NCBI GenBank assembly: GCA_030390025.1
Contig: JASTWF010000368.1
Location: 62,001-126,000, forward strand
DNA length: 64,000 nt
Reading direction: 5' to 3'
From: Squalus acanthias
Taxonomy: Eukaryota
In this document: positions 35,744 through 47,269 of the stretch, one piece after another
Layout of the letters: the number at the start of each line of letters is the position of its first letter
Numbering within the stretch: position 1 is the stretch's first letter
Translations under genes and position numbers: made by a program
The notes under the pieces: model-generated
Told to the model about the DNA's origin: nothing
The model's input: only the letters and a program-made list of their open reading frames with translations
Database searches by the model: none

Positions 35744-38700
35744 ACAACAACAACAACTTATATTTATATAGCGCCTTTAACGTAATAAAACATCCCAAAT
35801 ATAAGGAGATATTAAGGCAGGGAACTTGGTCAAAGGGGTAGGTTTTAAGGAGCGTCTTAAAGGAGGAGAGAGAGGTAGAGAGGCGGAGAGGTTTAGGGAG
35901 GGAATTCCAGAGCTTAGGGCCCAGGCAGCTGAAGGCACGGCCGCCAATGGTGGAGCGATTGCAATCAGGGATGCTCAAGAGGGCAGAATTAGAGGAGCTT
36001 AGATATCTCAGGGGGGTTGTGGGGCTGGAGGAGATTAGAGATAGGAAGGGTTGTAGGGGCTGGAGGAGGTTACAGTGATAGGGAGGGTTGTAGGGCTGGA
36101 GAAGGTTACAGAGATAGGGAGGGTTTTAGGGGCTGGAGGAGGTTACAGAGATAGGGAGGGTTGTAGGACTGGAGAAGGTTACAGAGATAGGGAGGGTTGT
36201 AGGGGCTGGAGGAGGTTACAGAGATAGGGAGGGTTGTAGGGGCTGGAGGAGATTACAGAGATAGGGAGGGTTGTAGGGCTGGAGGAGGTTACAGAGATAG
36301 GGAGGGTTGTAGGGGCTGGAGAAGGTTACAGAGATAGGGAGGGTCGTAGGGCTGGAGATGGTTACAGAGATAGGGAGGATTGTAGTGGCTGGAGGAGGTT
36401 ACAGAGATAGGGAGGGTTGTAGGGGCTGGAGGAGGTTACAGAGATAGGGAGGGTTGTAGGGGCTGGAGGAGGTTACAGAGATAGGGAGGGTTGTGGGGCT
36501 GAAGGAGATTACAGAGATAGGGAGGGTTGTGGGGCTGGAGGAGGTTACAGAGATAGGGAGGGTTGTAGGGCTGGAGGAGGTTACAGAGATAGGGAGGGTT
36601 GTAGGGCTGGAGGAGGTTACAGAGATAGGGAGGGTTGTGGGGCTGAAGGAGATTACAGATATAGGGGTGGTTGTGGGGGCTGGAGGAGTTTACAGAGATA
36701 GGGAGGGTTGTAGGGGCTGGAGGAGGTTACAGAGATAGGGAGGGTTGTGGGGCTGAGGGAGATTACAGAGATAGGGAGGGTTGTGGGACTGAAGGAGATT
36801 ACAGAGATAGGGAGGGTTGTAGGGGCTGGAGGAGGTTACAGAGATAGGGAGGGTTGTGGGGCTGGAGGAGGTTACAGAGATAGGGAGGGTTGTGGGGCTG
36901 AAGGAGATTACAGAGATAGGGAGGGTTGTAGGGGCTGGAGGAGGTTACAGAGATAGGGAGGGTTGTAGGGGCTGGAGGAGGTTACAGAGATAGGGAGGGT
37001 TGTAGGGCTGGAGGAGGTTACAGAGATAGGGAGGGTTGTAGGGGCTGGAGGAGGTTACAGAGATAGGGAGGGTTGTAGGGGCTGGAGGAGGTTACAGAGA
37101 TAGGGAGGGTTGTAGGGGCTGGAGGAGGTTACAGAGATAGGGAGGGTTGTAGGGGCTGGAGGAGGTTACAGAGATAGGGAGGGTCGTAGGGGCTGGAGGA
37201 GGTTACAGAGATAGGGAGGGTTGTAGGGGCTGGAGGAGGTTACAGAGATAGGGAGGGTTGTAGGGGCTGGAGGAGGTTACAGAGATAGGGAGGGTTGTAG
37301 GGGCTGGAGGAGGTTACAGAGATAGGAAGGGTTGTAGGGGCTGGAGGAGGTTACAGAGATAGGGAGGGTTGTAGAGCTGGAGGAGGTTACAGAGATAGGG
37401 AGGGTTGTAGGGTCTGGAGGAGGTTAGAGATAGGGAGTGTTGTAGGGGCTGGAAGAGGTTACAGAGATAGGGAGTGTTGTAGGGGCTGGAGGAGGTTACA
37501 GAGATAGGGAGGGTTGTAGGGGCTGGAGGAGGTTACAGAGATAGGGAGGGTTGTAGGGGCTGGAGGAGGTTACAGAGATAGGGAGGGTTGTAGGGGCTGG
37601 AGGAGGTTACAGAGATAGGGAGGGTTGTAGGGGCTGGAGGAGGTTACAGAGATAGGGAGGGTTGTGGGGCTGGAGGAGGTTACAGAGATAGGGAGGGTTG
37701 TAGGGCTGGAGGAGGTTACAGAGATAGGGAGGGTTGTGGGGCTGAAGGAGATTACAGATATAGGGGTGGTTGTAGGGGCTGGAGGAGGTTACAGAGATAG
37801 GGAGGCTTGTAGGGGCTGGAGGAGTTTACAGAGATAGGGAGGGTTGTAGGGGCTGGAGGAGGTTACAGAGATGGGGAGGGTTGTGGGGCTGAAGGAGATT
37901 ACAGAGATAGGGAGGGTTGTAGGGGCTGGAGGAGGTTACAGAGATAGACGGGTTGTAGGGGCTGGAGGAGATTACAGATATAGGGGTGGTTGTAGGGGCT
38001 GGAGGAGGTTACAGAGATAGGGAGGGTTGTAGGGGCTGGAGGAGATTACAGATATAGGGGTGGTTGTAGGGGCTGGAGGAGGTTACAGAGATAGGGAGGG
38101 TTGTAGGGGCTGGAGGAGGTTACAGAGATAGAGAGGATTGTAGGGCTGGAGGAGGTTACAGAGATAGGGAGGGTTGTAGGGCTGGAGGAGGTTACAGAGT
38201 TAGGGAGGGTTGTGGGGCTGAAGGAGGTTACAGAGATAGGGAGGGTTGTAGGGGCTGGAGGAGGTTACAGAGATAGGGAGGGTTGTAGGGGCTGGAGGAA
38301 GTTACAGAGATAGGGAGGGTTGTAGGGGCTGGAGGAGGTTACAGAGATAGGGAGGGTTGTAGGGGCTGGAGGAAGTTACAGAGATAGGGAGGGTTGTGGG
38401 GCTGGAGGAGGTTACAGAGATAGGGAGGGTTGTGGGGCTGAAGGAGATTACAGAGATAGGGAGGGGCGAGGCCACGGGGGGATTTGAAAACATGGATGAG
38501 AATTTTAAAATCGAGGCGTTGCTTAACCAGGAGCCAATGTAGATCAGCGAGCACAGGGGGTGATGGGTGAACGGGACTTGGTGCGAGTTAGGACACGGGG
38601 CAGCAGAGTTTTGGATGACCTCAAGTATATGGAGGGTACAGATAGAGAGGCCAGCCAGGAGTCTGCTGGAATAGTCAGGTCTAGAGGTGATAAAGGCAGG

Positions 38701-38770
38701 ATGAGGGCTTCAGCAACAGATAAGTTGAGGTAAGGGCGGAGACGGGTGATATTATGAAGGTGGAAATGGG
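35744..38770 (-). mobile_element. L2 LINE 3' part with internal 36-37-bp tandem expansion (36010-38462)
   Basis: LADLHWL..RLDFKIL..GLAPPYL, then the array, then GGRAFSCLGPKLWNSLP; (GTT)n tail. Confidence 0.92.
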
Positions 38771-38987
38771 CAGAAAAGACAGACGAATAACGAGAGATAG
38801 TAAAACTATATTTTTAACTCAAATGAGGAGCGAGCAGTTTCGATAATGAGAGCCTGATCTACACCCAGGCGGTGAGTTCAACATCTACCCAATCTCTCTC
38901 TCTCTCTCTCCCTCCCACTCTCTCCTTCTCCCATTCTCTCCTTCTCCCATTCTCTCCCACTCACTCTCTCTTTCACTCACACTCTTA

Positions 38988-39880
38988 GGGGGAGAAATTC
39001 AGTATCGCCCCATTTGGGGCGCAATTATCGGCCGGGCGCAAAGATTAGCGCCTGGCGCTAATTATCGCCACCGACTGCAAACTTGACTTTTATCGCCCCT
39101 GGAGGTGATTGCAGCGCTATATCAGGCGCTTCACACCTGTCTTAAGGCGCAAAGGCCGAGGAGCGAGGCGCTACCTCAGAGCGCTGGCGAAGCTCATGTA
39201 ATGTCAGTCAGCAATGGAACAGACACACAATGGCATGGGCCAGTTCTTAAAGGGGAGGGTCGATCTTGCTTTCCATCCACATCCTGCTCATTGCAGCCTT
39301 GAATCTCGGCCTGGAGAGACCTGCACATCAAATGTGCTGGAAAGAACAATGGAGAGTACCAGGCAAAGAGCTCAGAGTGCAGCCCCCACAGTCTCTGCTA
39401 AATCGATACAAGGAATGGCAAATCAAAATGAACCTGCAAAGTGCTGCTCAGTACCCAAAACTCCTTCACGCAACGTTGAATCTCTCCAGAAGTCTCTCCC
39501 TCTCTCTCTCAGAATGCGTAGTTCAAAAATGGCACCAACAATAAAAGGCAGGAAGCGGACACCTTTAAATAGCGCTCCCCCTTTCCCTTCATGACTGCAG
39601 AACGCTCCCCTCAACCTGTCGTTGCTAGCGTCAGGCGGTAAGGCAGGGGGCGCCACTCAATATCCGCTCCAGGGCGATACCGGGGCGTTGCGCACTCGAG
39701 TGACGTCATGATCTGCCGGCGCAGGAGATCGTGGCGGTAGTGTTTAGCGCCGCCGCAAAATGTCTAGTTAATTTCGCGAGCGGCGCAAACTTCGCCGCGC
39801 CTGGGCGCTCGATGCTTTGCGCCCCATTAGCGCCCTCTTAAGGCACTAACGGGAGGCGCAACCAACTGAATTTTTCCCCC
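38988..39880. mobile_element. MITE, PIF/Harbinger-like
   Basis: TIRs GGGGGAGAAATTCAGT / ACTGAATTTTTCCCCC (15 of 16 match); flanks TTA/TTT; GC-rich subterminal GGCGC/GCGCC motifs. Confidence 0.8.
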
Positions 39881-39883
39881 TTT

Positions 39884-40616
39884 GTCTCTCTCTCTCTCTC
39901 CCTCTCTCTCTCTCTCTGTCTCTCTCCCTCTCTCTCTCTCTCTGTCTCTCTCCCTCTCTCTGTATCTCTCTCTCTGTCTCTCTCCCTCTCTCTGTATCTC
40001 TCTCTCTGTCTCTCCCCCTCTCTCTGTCTCTCTCTCTCTCTGTCTCTCTCCCTCTCTCTCTCTGTCTCTCTCTCTGTCTCTCTCCCTCTCTCTGTCTCTC
40101 TCTCTCTCTCTCTCTGTATCTCTCTCTCTGTCTCTCTCCCTCTCTCTGTCTCTCTCTCTCTCTGTCTCTCTCCCTCTCTCTGTATCTCTCTCTCTGTCTC
40201 TCTCCCTCTCTCAGTCTCTCTCTCTCTGTCTCTCTCTCTGTCTCTTTCTCTCTCTCTCTGTCTCTCTCCCTCTCTCTCAGTCTCTCTCTCTGTCTCTCTC
40301 CCTCTCTCTGTCTCTCTCTCTGTCTCTCTCCCTCTCTCTCTGTCTCTCTCTCTGTCTCTCTCCCTCTCTCTCAGTCTCTCTCTCTCTGTCTCTCTCTCTG
40401 TCTCTCTCTCTCTCTCTCTGTATCTCTCCCTCTCTCTCTCTCTCCCTCTCTCTCCCTCTCTCTCAGTCTCTCTCCCTCTCTCAGTCTCTCTCCCTCTCTC
40501 TGTCTCTCTCTCTCTCTCCCTCTCTCTCAGTCTCTCTGTCTGTCTCTCAGTCTCTCTCTCTGTATCTCTCTCTCTGTCTCTCTCCCTCTCTCTCTGTCTC
40601 TCTCCCTCTCTCTCTG
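39884..40616. repeat. Degenerate (CT)n microsatellite
   Basis: Nearly pure polypyrimidine tract. Confidence 0.98.
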
Positions 40617-40654
40617 CGTTCACTCCAAAGTCCTGGGCCCCAGAATGCCAGGCC

Positions 40655-42505
40655 AATACTCCAGTGCAGTACTGAGGGATCTCTGCACTTTTGGAGGGAC
40701 AGTACTGAGGGAGCGCTGCACTGTAGGAGGGACAGTACTGAGGGAGCGCCGCACTGTCAGAGGGGCATTACTGAGGGAGCGCTGCGCTGTCGGAGGGGCA
40801 GTACTGAGGGAGCGCTGCACTGTCGGAGGGACAGTACAAAGGGAGCGCCGCACTGTTGGAGGGGCAGTACTGAGGGAGCGCCGCACTGTCAGAGGGGCAG
40901 TACTGAGGGAGCGCTGCACTGTTGGAGGGGCAGTACTGAGGGAGTGCTGCACTGTTGGAGGGACAGTACTGAGGGAGCGCAGCACTGTTGGAGGGGCAGT
41001 AAAAGGGAGCGCTGCACTGGCGGAGGGGCAGTACTGAGGGAGCGCTGCACTGTCGGAGGGACAGTACAAAGGGAGCACTGCACTGTTGGAGGGACAGTAC
41101 AAAGGGAGCACTGCACTGTTGGAGGGACAGTACTGAGGGAGCGCTGCACTGTCGGAGGGGCAGTACTGAGGGAGCGCTGCACTGTCGGAGGGGGCGGTAC
41201 TGAGGGAGCGCTGCACTGTTGGAGGGACAGTACAAAGGGAGCGCTGCACTGTCGGAGGGGCAGTACTGAGGGAGCGCCACACTGTCAGAGGTGCCGTCTT
41301 TCGGGACGAGACCTCAAACCGAGGCCCACTCAGGTGGACGTAAAACAAAGGGAGCACTGCACTGTTGGAGGGACAGTACTGAGGGAGCGCTGCACTGTCA
41401 GAGGGGCAGTACTGAGGGAGCGCTGCACTGTTGGAGGGACAGTACAAAGGGAGCGCTGCACTGTAGGAGGGGTAGTACTGAGGGAGCGCTCCACTGTCGG
41501 AGGGGGCGGTACTGAGGGAGCGCTGCACTGTTGGAGGGACAGTACAAAGGGAGCGCTGCACTGTCGGAGGGGCAGTACTGAGGGAGCGCCACACTGTCAG
41601 AGGTGCCGTCTTTCGGGACAAGACCTTAAACCGAGGCCCACTCAGGTGGACGTAAAACAAAGGGAGCACTGCACTGTTGGAGGGACAGTACTGAGGGAGC
41701 GCTGCACTGTCAGAGGGGCAGTACTGAGGGAGTGCTGCACTGTTGGAGGGACAGTACAAAGGGAGCGCTGCACTGTAGGAGGGGCAGTACTGAGGGACCG
41801 CCACACTGTCAGAGGTGCCGTCTTTCGGGACGAGACCTTAAACCGAGGCCCACTCAGGTGGACGTAAAACAAAGGGAGCACTGCACTGTTGGAGGGACAG
41901 TACTGAGGGAGCGCTGCACTGTCGGAGGGGCAGTACTGAGGGAGCGCTGCACTGTCAGAGGTGCCGTCTTTCGGGACGAGACCTTAAACCGAGTCCCACT
42001 CAGGTGGACGTAAAACAAAGGGAGCACTGCACTGTTGGAGGGACAGTACTGAGGGAGCGCTGCACTGTCAGAGGGGCAGTACTGAGGGAGCGCTGCACTG
42101 TTGGAGGGACAGTACAAAGGGAGCGCTGCACTGTAGGAGGGTCAGTACTGAGGGAGCGCCGCACTGTCAGAGGTGCCGTCTTTCGGGACGAGACCTTAAA
42201 TTGAGGCCCACTCAGGTGGACGTAAAACATCCCACGGCCGCTATTGGAAGAAGGGCGGGGGGGAAGTTCTCCCCGGTGTCCTGGGGGCCAATATTTATCC
42301 CTCAACCAACATCACTAAAAAAACCAGATAATCTGATCATTATCACATTGCTGTTTGTGGGATCTTGCTGTGCACCAATTGGCTGCCGCCTTTCCTACAT
42401 TACAACAGTGACGACATTTCAATAAAAAAAGTACTTGGTTGGCTGCGAAGCCCTTTGGGACGTGCTGAGCTGGCGAAAGGGGCCGATAGAAATGGGTGTT
42501 TTTCA
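40655..42505 (+). mobile_element. Deu-domain SINE (SacSINE1-like) with 33-bp and higher-order internal expansion
   Basis: CTGCACTGTC..GAGGTGCCGTCTTTCGGGACGAGACCTTAAACCGAGG..CAGGTGGACGTAAAA block present five times, followed by an L2-like tail. Confidence 0.8.
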
Positions 42506-42571
42506 CTCTTTTCTGCTCTCTCTCTCTCCCTCACTCACTTTCACACTCTCTCTCTCTCTCTCTCTCACCAG

Positions 42572-42697
42572 GTGGCCAGCGATTACGACAAGCAATCCAA
42601 GTCCACCCTGTCCAGCAGCGACCTGTACAAGAGCAAGCAAACTCTGTCCCTCAGCCCCGGTCAGGCCTCCGCTCTGTCCGAGAGCCCTTGCAAGTAG
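42572..42697 (+). CDS. p2rx3: P2X3 terminal exon 12 (C-terminal tail and stop)
   Basis: Polypyrimidine tract then caccag|GTG in phase 0; VASDYDKQSKSTLSSSDLYKSKQTLSLSPGQASALSESPCK*. Position and length fit, but the sequence is divergent. Confidence 0.75.
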   Translation: MASDYDKQSKSTLSSSDLYKSKQTLSLSPGQASALSESPCK

Positions 42698-42942
42698 GAA
42701 GGCTAGGACCCGACCCCTGATCTCCCGACCCCTGACCTCCCTCAGCAAGGAGAGCCTATCTGCGGTCAACCCAGGGGAAGAGAGGAACGGGGACCCTCCC
42801 GGACATCCTTCCCGATGTGCCCTGGGACTCCGGCGCGAAGCTCCCAGACCCCGCACAGGAAAGTGCCTGTAATTATTAATCGAACCCGCTCACGTGTAAC
42901 CCCCCCTGCATGTACCCGATGGGAATCTGCGCCTCGCGTATT

Positions 42943-43776
42943 ATTAAAGTATCCTGTCGAGCTGTGTTGTCGCATTTTATCAGGAGCACAGAACTTTCGA
43001 GGGCGGAAGGAGGCCATTCAGCCCATCCTGCCTGTGCCAGCTCTTTGAAAGGGTTCTCCAATTAGTCCAACTCCGCGCCCCCCCCCCGCTCTTCCCCCAT
43101 AGCCCTGCAAATTTTTCCTTTTCAAGTATTTATCCAATTTCTCTCTTGAAAGTTACTATTGAATCTGCTTCCAACTGTTGCCCTGTGTACAATATAACCC
43201 AGCCCTCCTTAAGCCCTCAGTTTGACCCTTCCCTGTAAGAACATAAGAATTAGGAGCAGGAGTAGGCCATTCATTCGGCCCTTCGAGCCTGCTCCGCCAT
43301 TCAATGAGACCAAGGCTGATCTTCTACCTCAACTCCACTTTCCCGCACTATCACCATTTCCCTGGATTCGCCTCGAGTCCAAGAATCTATCGATCTCAGC
43401 CTTGAATAGACTCAACGACTGAGCATCCACAGCCCTCTGGGGTAGAGAATTCGAAAGTTTCACCACCCTCTGAGTGAAGAAACTGCTCCTCATCTCAGTC
43501 CCAAATGGCCGACCCCCTTATTCTGAGACTGTGATCCCTTGTTCTAGACACTCTGTGACAAACTCCAACCTCTGTCTTGCCCTGTGTCTGATGTAACCAA
43601 CCCCCAGAACCCCTCCATGTTAAGTAGGTGGGGGTCGCTCTGATGGTCAGATCTGAGATTAATCGCGTTCCTTATCCCTAACCATTCTTGCTCGTATGCG
43701 TGTCTCCACCCTTCACTGCACAGTACTAACGGAAGCATTAACCTTTACTGTAGATCAAACTGCAAAGCGCAATAAA
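42943..43776 (+). terminator. Candidate polyadenylation signals: ATTAAA 42943-42948 and AATAAA 43771-43776
   Basis: Both lie in unique sequence after the stop and are followed by GT-rich tracts. Confidence 0.5.
43236..43550 (-). mobile_element. CR1 3' fragment in the putative 3' UTR
   Basis: TAAGAACATAAGAA tail and ACCCTCTGAGTGAAGAAA motif. Confidence 0.85.
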
Positions 43777-43821
43777 AGTCATTTGAAACAACTGCTTGTC
43801 GAGTGTGTCTTACGACAGGAA

Positions 43822-44233
43822 AGCCCGGGTGTGAAGGAACGCTCCTTTAATAGTGATTTCAGTGTGTGTGTGAGCCCGGGTGTGAAGGAACGCTCCTTTA
43901 ATAGTGATTTCAGTGTGTGTGTGAGCCCGGGTGTGAAGGAACGCTCCTTTAATAGTGAGTTCAGTGTGTGTGTGAGCCCGGGTGTGAAGGAACACTCCTT
44001 TAATAGTGATTTCAGTGTGTGTGTGAGCCCGGGTGTGAAGGAACGCTCCTTTAATAGTGAGTTCAGTGTGTGTGTGAGCCCGGGTGTGAAGGAACGCCCC
44101 TTTAATAGTGATTTCAGTGTGTGTGTGAGCCTGGGTGTGAAGGAACGCCCCTTTAATAGTGATTTCAGTGTGTGTGTGAGCCCGGGTGTGAAGGAACGCC
44201 CCTTTAATAGTGATTTCAGTGTGTGTGAGCCCG
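43822..44233. repeat. 51-bp minisatellite (8 units)
   Basis: (AGCCCGGGTGTGAAGGAACGCTCCTTTAATAGTGATTTCAGTGTGTGTGTG)n. Confidence 0.96.
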
Positions 44234-44463
44234 AGTCCAGCGACTGAAGGGTTAATGTGTTGCTGCTGTTCCGACGGGAGAAGCGAGCGACCTCCTAATT
44301 ACTGGGTGGATTATCCAGTAGTGCTCTGGAGACACTGAGATCCGTGGTCAGTCTCTGTGCCATTAGCATGGATAATGGGAGGAAATGATTTCTCCCTGAG
44401 GGGAGTGACCACAACACTCAGAGTCTCATCGACAGCGAGTAGGATCTCAGCAACGCTCGACAC

Positions 44464-45259
44464 TTCCTTCTCTGTTCCTCCTCTCTCTCTCTCTCTCTGT
44501 CTCTCTCGCTTGCTATTTCTCTCTCTCTCTCTCTTTCTCTGTCTCTGTCTCTCTCTCTGTCCTACGCTCTCTCTCTCTGTCTCTCTCTCTCTGTCTCTCT
44601 CGCTTGCTATTTCTCTCTCTCTCTCTTTCTCTGTCTCTGTCTCTCTCTCTCTGTCCTACGCTCTCTCTGTCTCTCTCTTTCTCTGTCTCTGTCTCTCTCT
44701 CTCTGTCCTACGCTCTCTCTCTCTGTCTCTCTCTTTCTCTGTCTCTGTCTCTCTCTCTGTCCTACGCTCTCTCTCTCTGTCTCTCTCTGTCTCTCTCTGT
44801 CCTACGCTCTCTCTCGCTGTCTCTCTCTGTCTCTCTCTCTCTCTCTGTCCTACGCTCTCTCTCGCTGTCTCTCTCTCTCTGTCTCTCTCTGTCACTTTTT
44901 CTCTGTCTCTCTCTCTGTCTCTCTCTCTATCTCTTTGACTTGCTCCCTCTCTCTGTCTCTGTCTGTCTCTCTCTGCCTCTCTTTCTATTTCTCTGTCCTC
45001 TCTCTCTGTCTCTCTCTCTGTGTCTCTCTTTCGCTGTCGCTCTGTCTCTCTCTGTCTCTCGCTCTGTCTCTCTCTCTGTCTCGCTCTCTATCTCTATCTC
45101 TTTGACTTGCTCCCTCTCTCTGTCTCTGTCTGTCTCTCTCTGCCTCTCTTTCTATTTCTCTGTCCTCTCTCTCTCTTTCTCTCTCACTCTGTCTCTCGCT
45201 GTCTCTCTCTCTCTCCTCCAAGTCTCTCTCTTACTCTCTCTCTCTGTCTCCCTCTCCCT
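44464..45259. repeat. Degenerate (CT)n microsatellite
   Basis: Polypyrimidine tract with repeated interruptions. Confidence 0.97.
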
Positions 45260-45906
45260 GGTGAATATTTATCTCTCAACCAACATCACGAAAAGACCTA
45301 TCATTTCTGCAGCACCTTTCACAACCTCAGGACGTCCCTAAGTGCTTGACGGCCAATGAAGTACTTTTGAAGCGTAAGTCACCATTGTGTCGGAAACGCA
45401 GCAGCCAATTTGTGCACAGCAAGATCCCACAAACAGCAATGTGCTAATAACTAGATAACCTGCTTTTACTGGTGTTGGTTGAGGGATAAATATTGGCCTG
45501 AGGACAGCGGGGAGAACTCTCCTGCTCTCAATATAAGAACAGAAGAAATTAGGAGCAGGAGTCGGCCATACGGCCCCTCGAGCCTGCTCCACCATTCAAT
45601 AAGATCATGGCTGATCATCGACCTCAACTCCACTGTCCCGCCCGATCTCCATATCCCTAGATTCCCCTAGAGTCCAAAAAATCTATCGATCTCAGCCTTG
45701 AATATATTCAACGACTGAGCTTGTACAGCCCTTTCGGGCAGAGAATTCCAAAGATTCACAACCCTCTGAGTGAAGAAATTCCTCCTCATCTCAGTCTTAA
45801 ATGGCCGACCCCTTATCCTGAGACTGTGACCCCTCGTTCTAGACACTCCAGCCAGGGGGAAACAACCTCTCAGCATCGACCCTGTCAATCCCCTTCAGAA
45901 TCTTAT

Positions 45907-47269
45907 GGGGGTGAAATTGGGGCGATACCTTTTAAAAGCTTGAAAAATTAGCACCACAACTTTTAAAAAATGTGGTTTTATCGCTCCAAGAGGGAGGTGG
46001 AGTGCTAAATCAAGCGCTCCCACTTCCCTCTTGTGAGAAGTCGCACAACACCAGGTTATAGTCCAACAGCTTTATTTGAAATCACAAGCTTTCGGAGCGC
46101 TGCTCCTTCGTCAGGTGAAGTGAAGAAATACAAATGGGCGCAGCATATATAGACAGAGAACAATGCCTGTGCAGAGAACAATGCCAGACGACTACAGTTA
46201 ATCTTTCTGACTGCTTTTTATCGCACCTCGGCAGAGAGACAATCACGGCAATCAAAGGTGTCCAACCAGGTCAGTCAGGGAGACATTACATCAAAGACAA
46301 TAGCAAAATACAACAAAGACAATGAGGTGGGGTCACAGGGGGTCTAAAGTGTCAGAGGCTGCAGTCTGTATGGAAAACCAAAAACTTTAAACTTTTTACT
46401 TTTTTTGCCGGAAATCCCCAGCAGGTCCGGCCGCATCTGTGTAGCGAGAACAAGCCAACGACGACTCGAGTCTGGACGACTCTACGTCAGGTGGGGTTAC
46501 ATGTAGCGTGACATGAACCCAAGATCCCGGTTGAGGCTGTCCTCATGGGTGCGGAACTTGGCTATCAGTTTCTGCTCGACGATTTTGCGTTGTCGTGTGT
46601 CTCGAAGGCCGCCTTGGAGAACGCTTACCCGAAGATCGGAGGCTGAATGTCCTTGACTGCTGAAGTGTTCCCCGACTGGGAGGGAACACTCCTGCCTGGC
46701 GATTGTTGCGCGGTGTCCGTTCATACGTTGTCGCAGTGTCTGCATGGTCTCGCCTTCCCTCTTGGAGTGCGATTGGCAGCAGGCGGGGCGGTGAGTTCTG
46801 CAGCGCTGCCCTTAAAGGGAAGGGCCATCGCTGCAGGCTCTGCCAAAGAAGGGGCAACTACCTACCTGGACCACCGAGGGAGCGGAGAACCCGCGCGATC
46901 AGCCCAGCGCATCACTCAGAGTGCCGGGCTGATCGATCGCGGTCAGGAACCCGCGGGGGAAAAAAACCCGATCGAATGAGCTACTTTTTTTCCTTTTTAC
47001 TTACCTCGGCCACCTCGCCTTTAAGCATCGCCTCGGAAACGGCCGGGCGCCCAACGCACGTCCCCCTGAAGCTGGTGTTGTTTTCGTCCGGCGATGCTTC
47101 GGGGGGGGGACGTAAATGAATTTCGGGTCCGGGGCGCTACTGGGGCGATGTCGCGATCTCCGGCCGCTGGCGGGCGCGGCGATAAGGGTTACCGACGCCG
47201 CTAACCAGCAGGTGAATTTCGCGGGAGGCGGCGATAACAGGAGGCGCTAAGGCACCGAATTTCTAGCCC
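45907..47269. mobile_element. MITE, PIF/Harbinger-like, inside CR1, split by a Penelope
   Basis: Ends GGGGGTGAAATTGG / CCGAATTTCTAGCCC; the host CR1 is contiguous across it. Confidence 0.72.
46034..46753 (-). mobile_element. Penelope-like family A with GIY-YIG C-terminal half; hammerhead motif at 46082-46118 (-)
   Basis: QTLRQRMNGHR..PVGEHFS..HSASDLRVSVL..RKIVEQKLIAKFRT..LNRD; 11-bp TSD CTTCCCTCTTG at 46023-46033 and 46754-46764. Confidence 0.92.

Noticed and set aside
38821..38877. Possible extra exon ending at GCG|GTGAGT in intron 11
   Set aside because: Nearby AG acceptors give in-frame stops and lack a good pyrimidine tract.
7756..42697. Assignment as p2rx2 or another paralogue
   Set aside because: VFLHxKAYQ, AIES, FPLFNF and LLNFLKGADxYKAKKFEE match P2X3 specifically.
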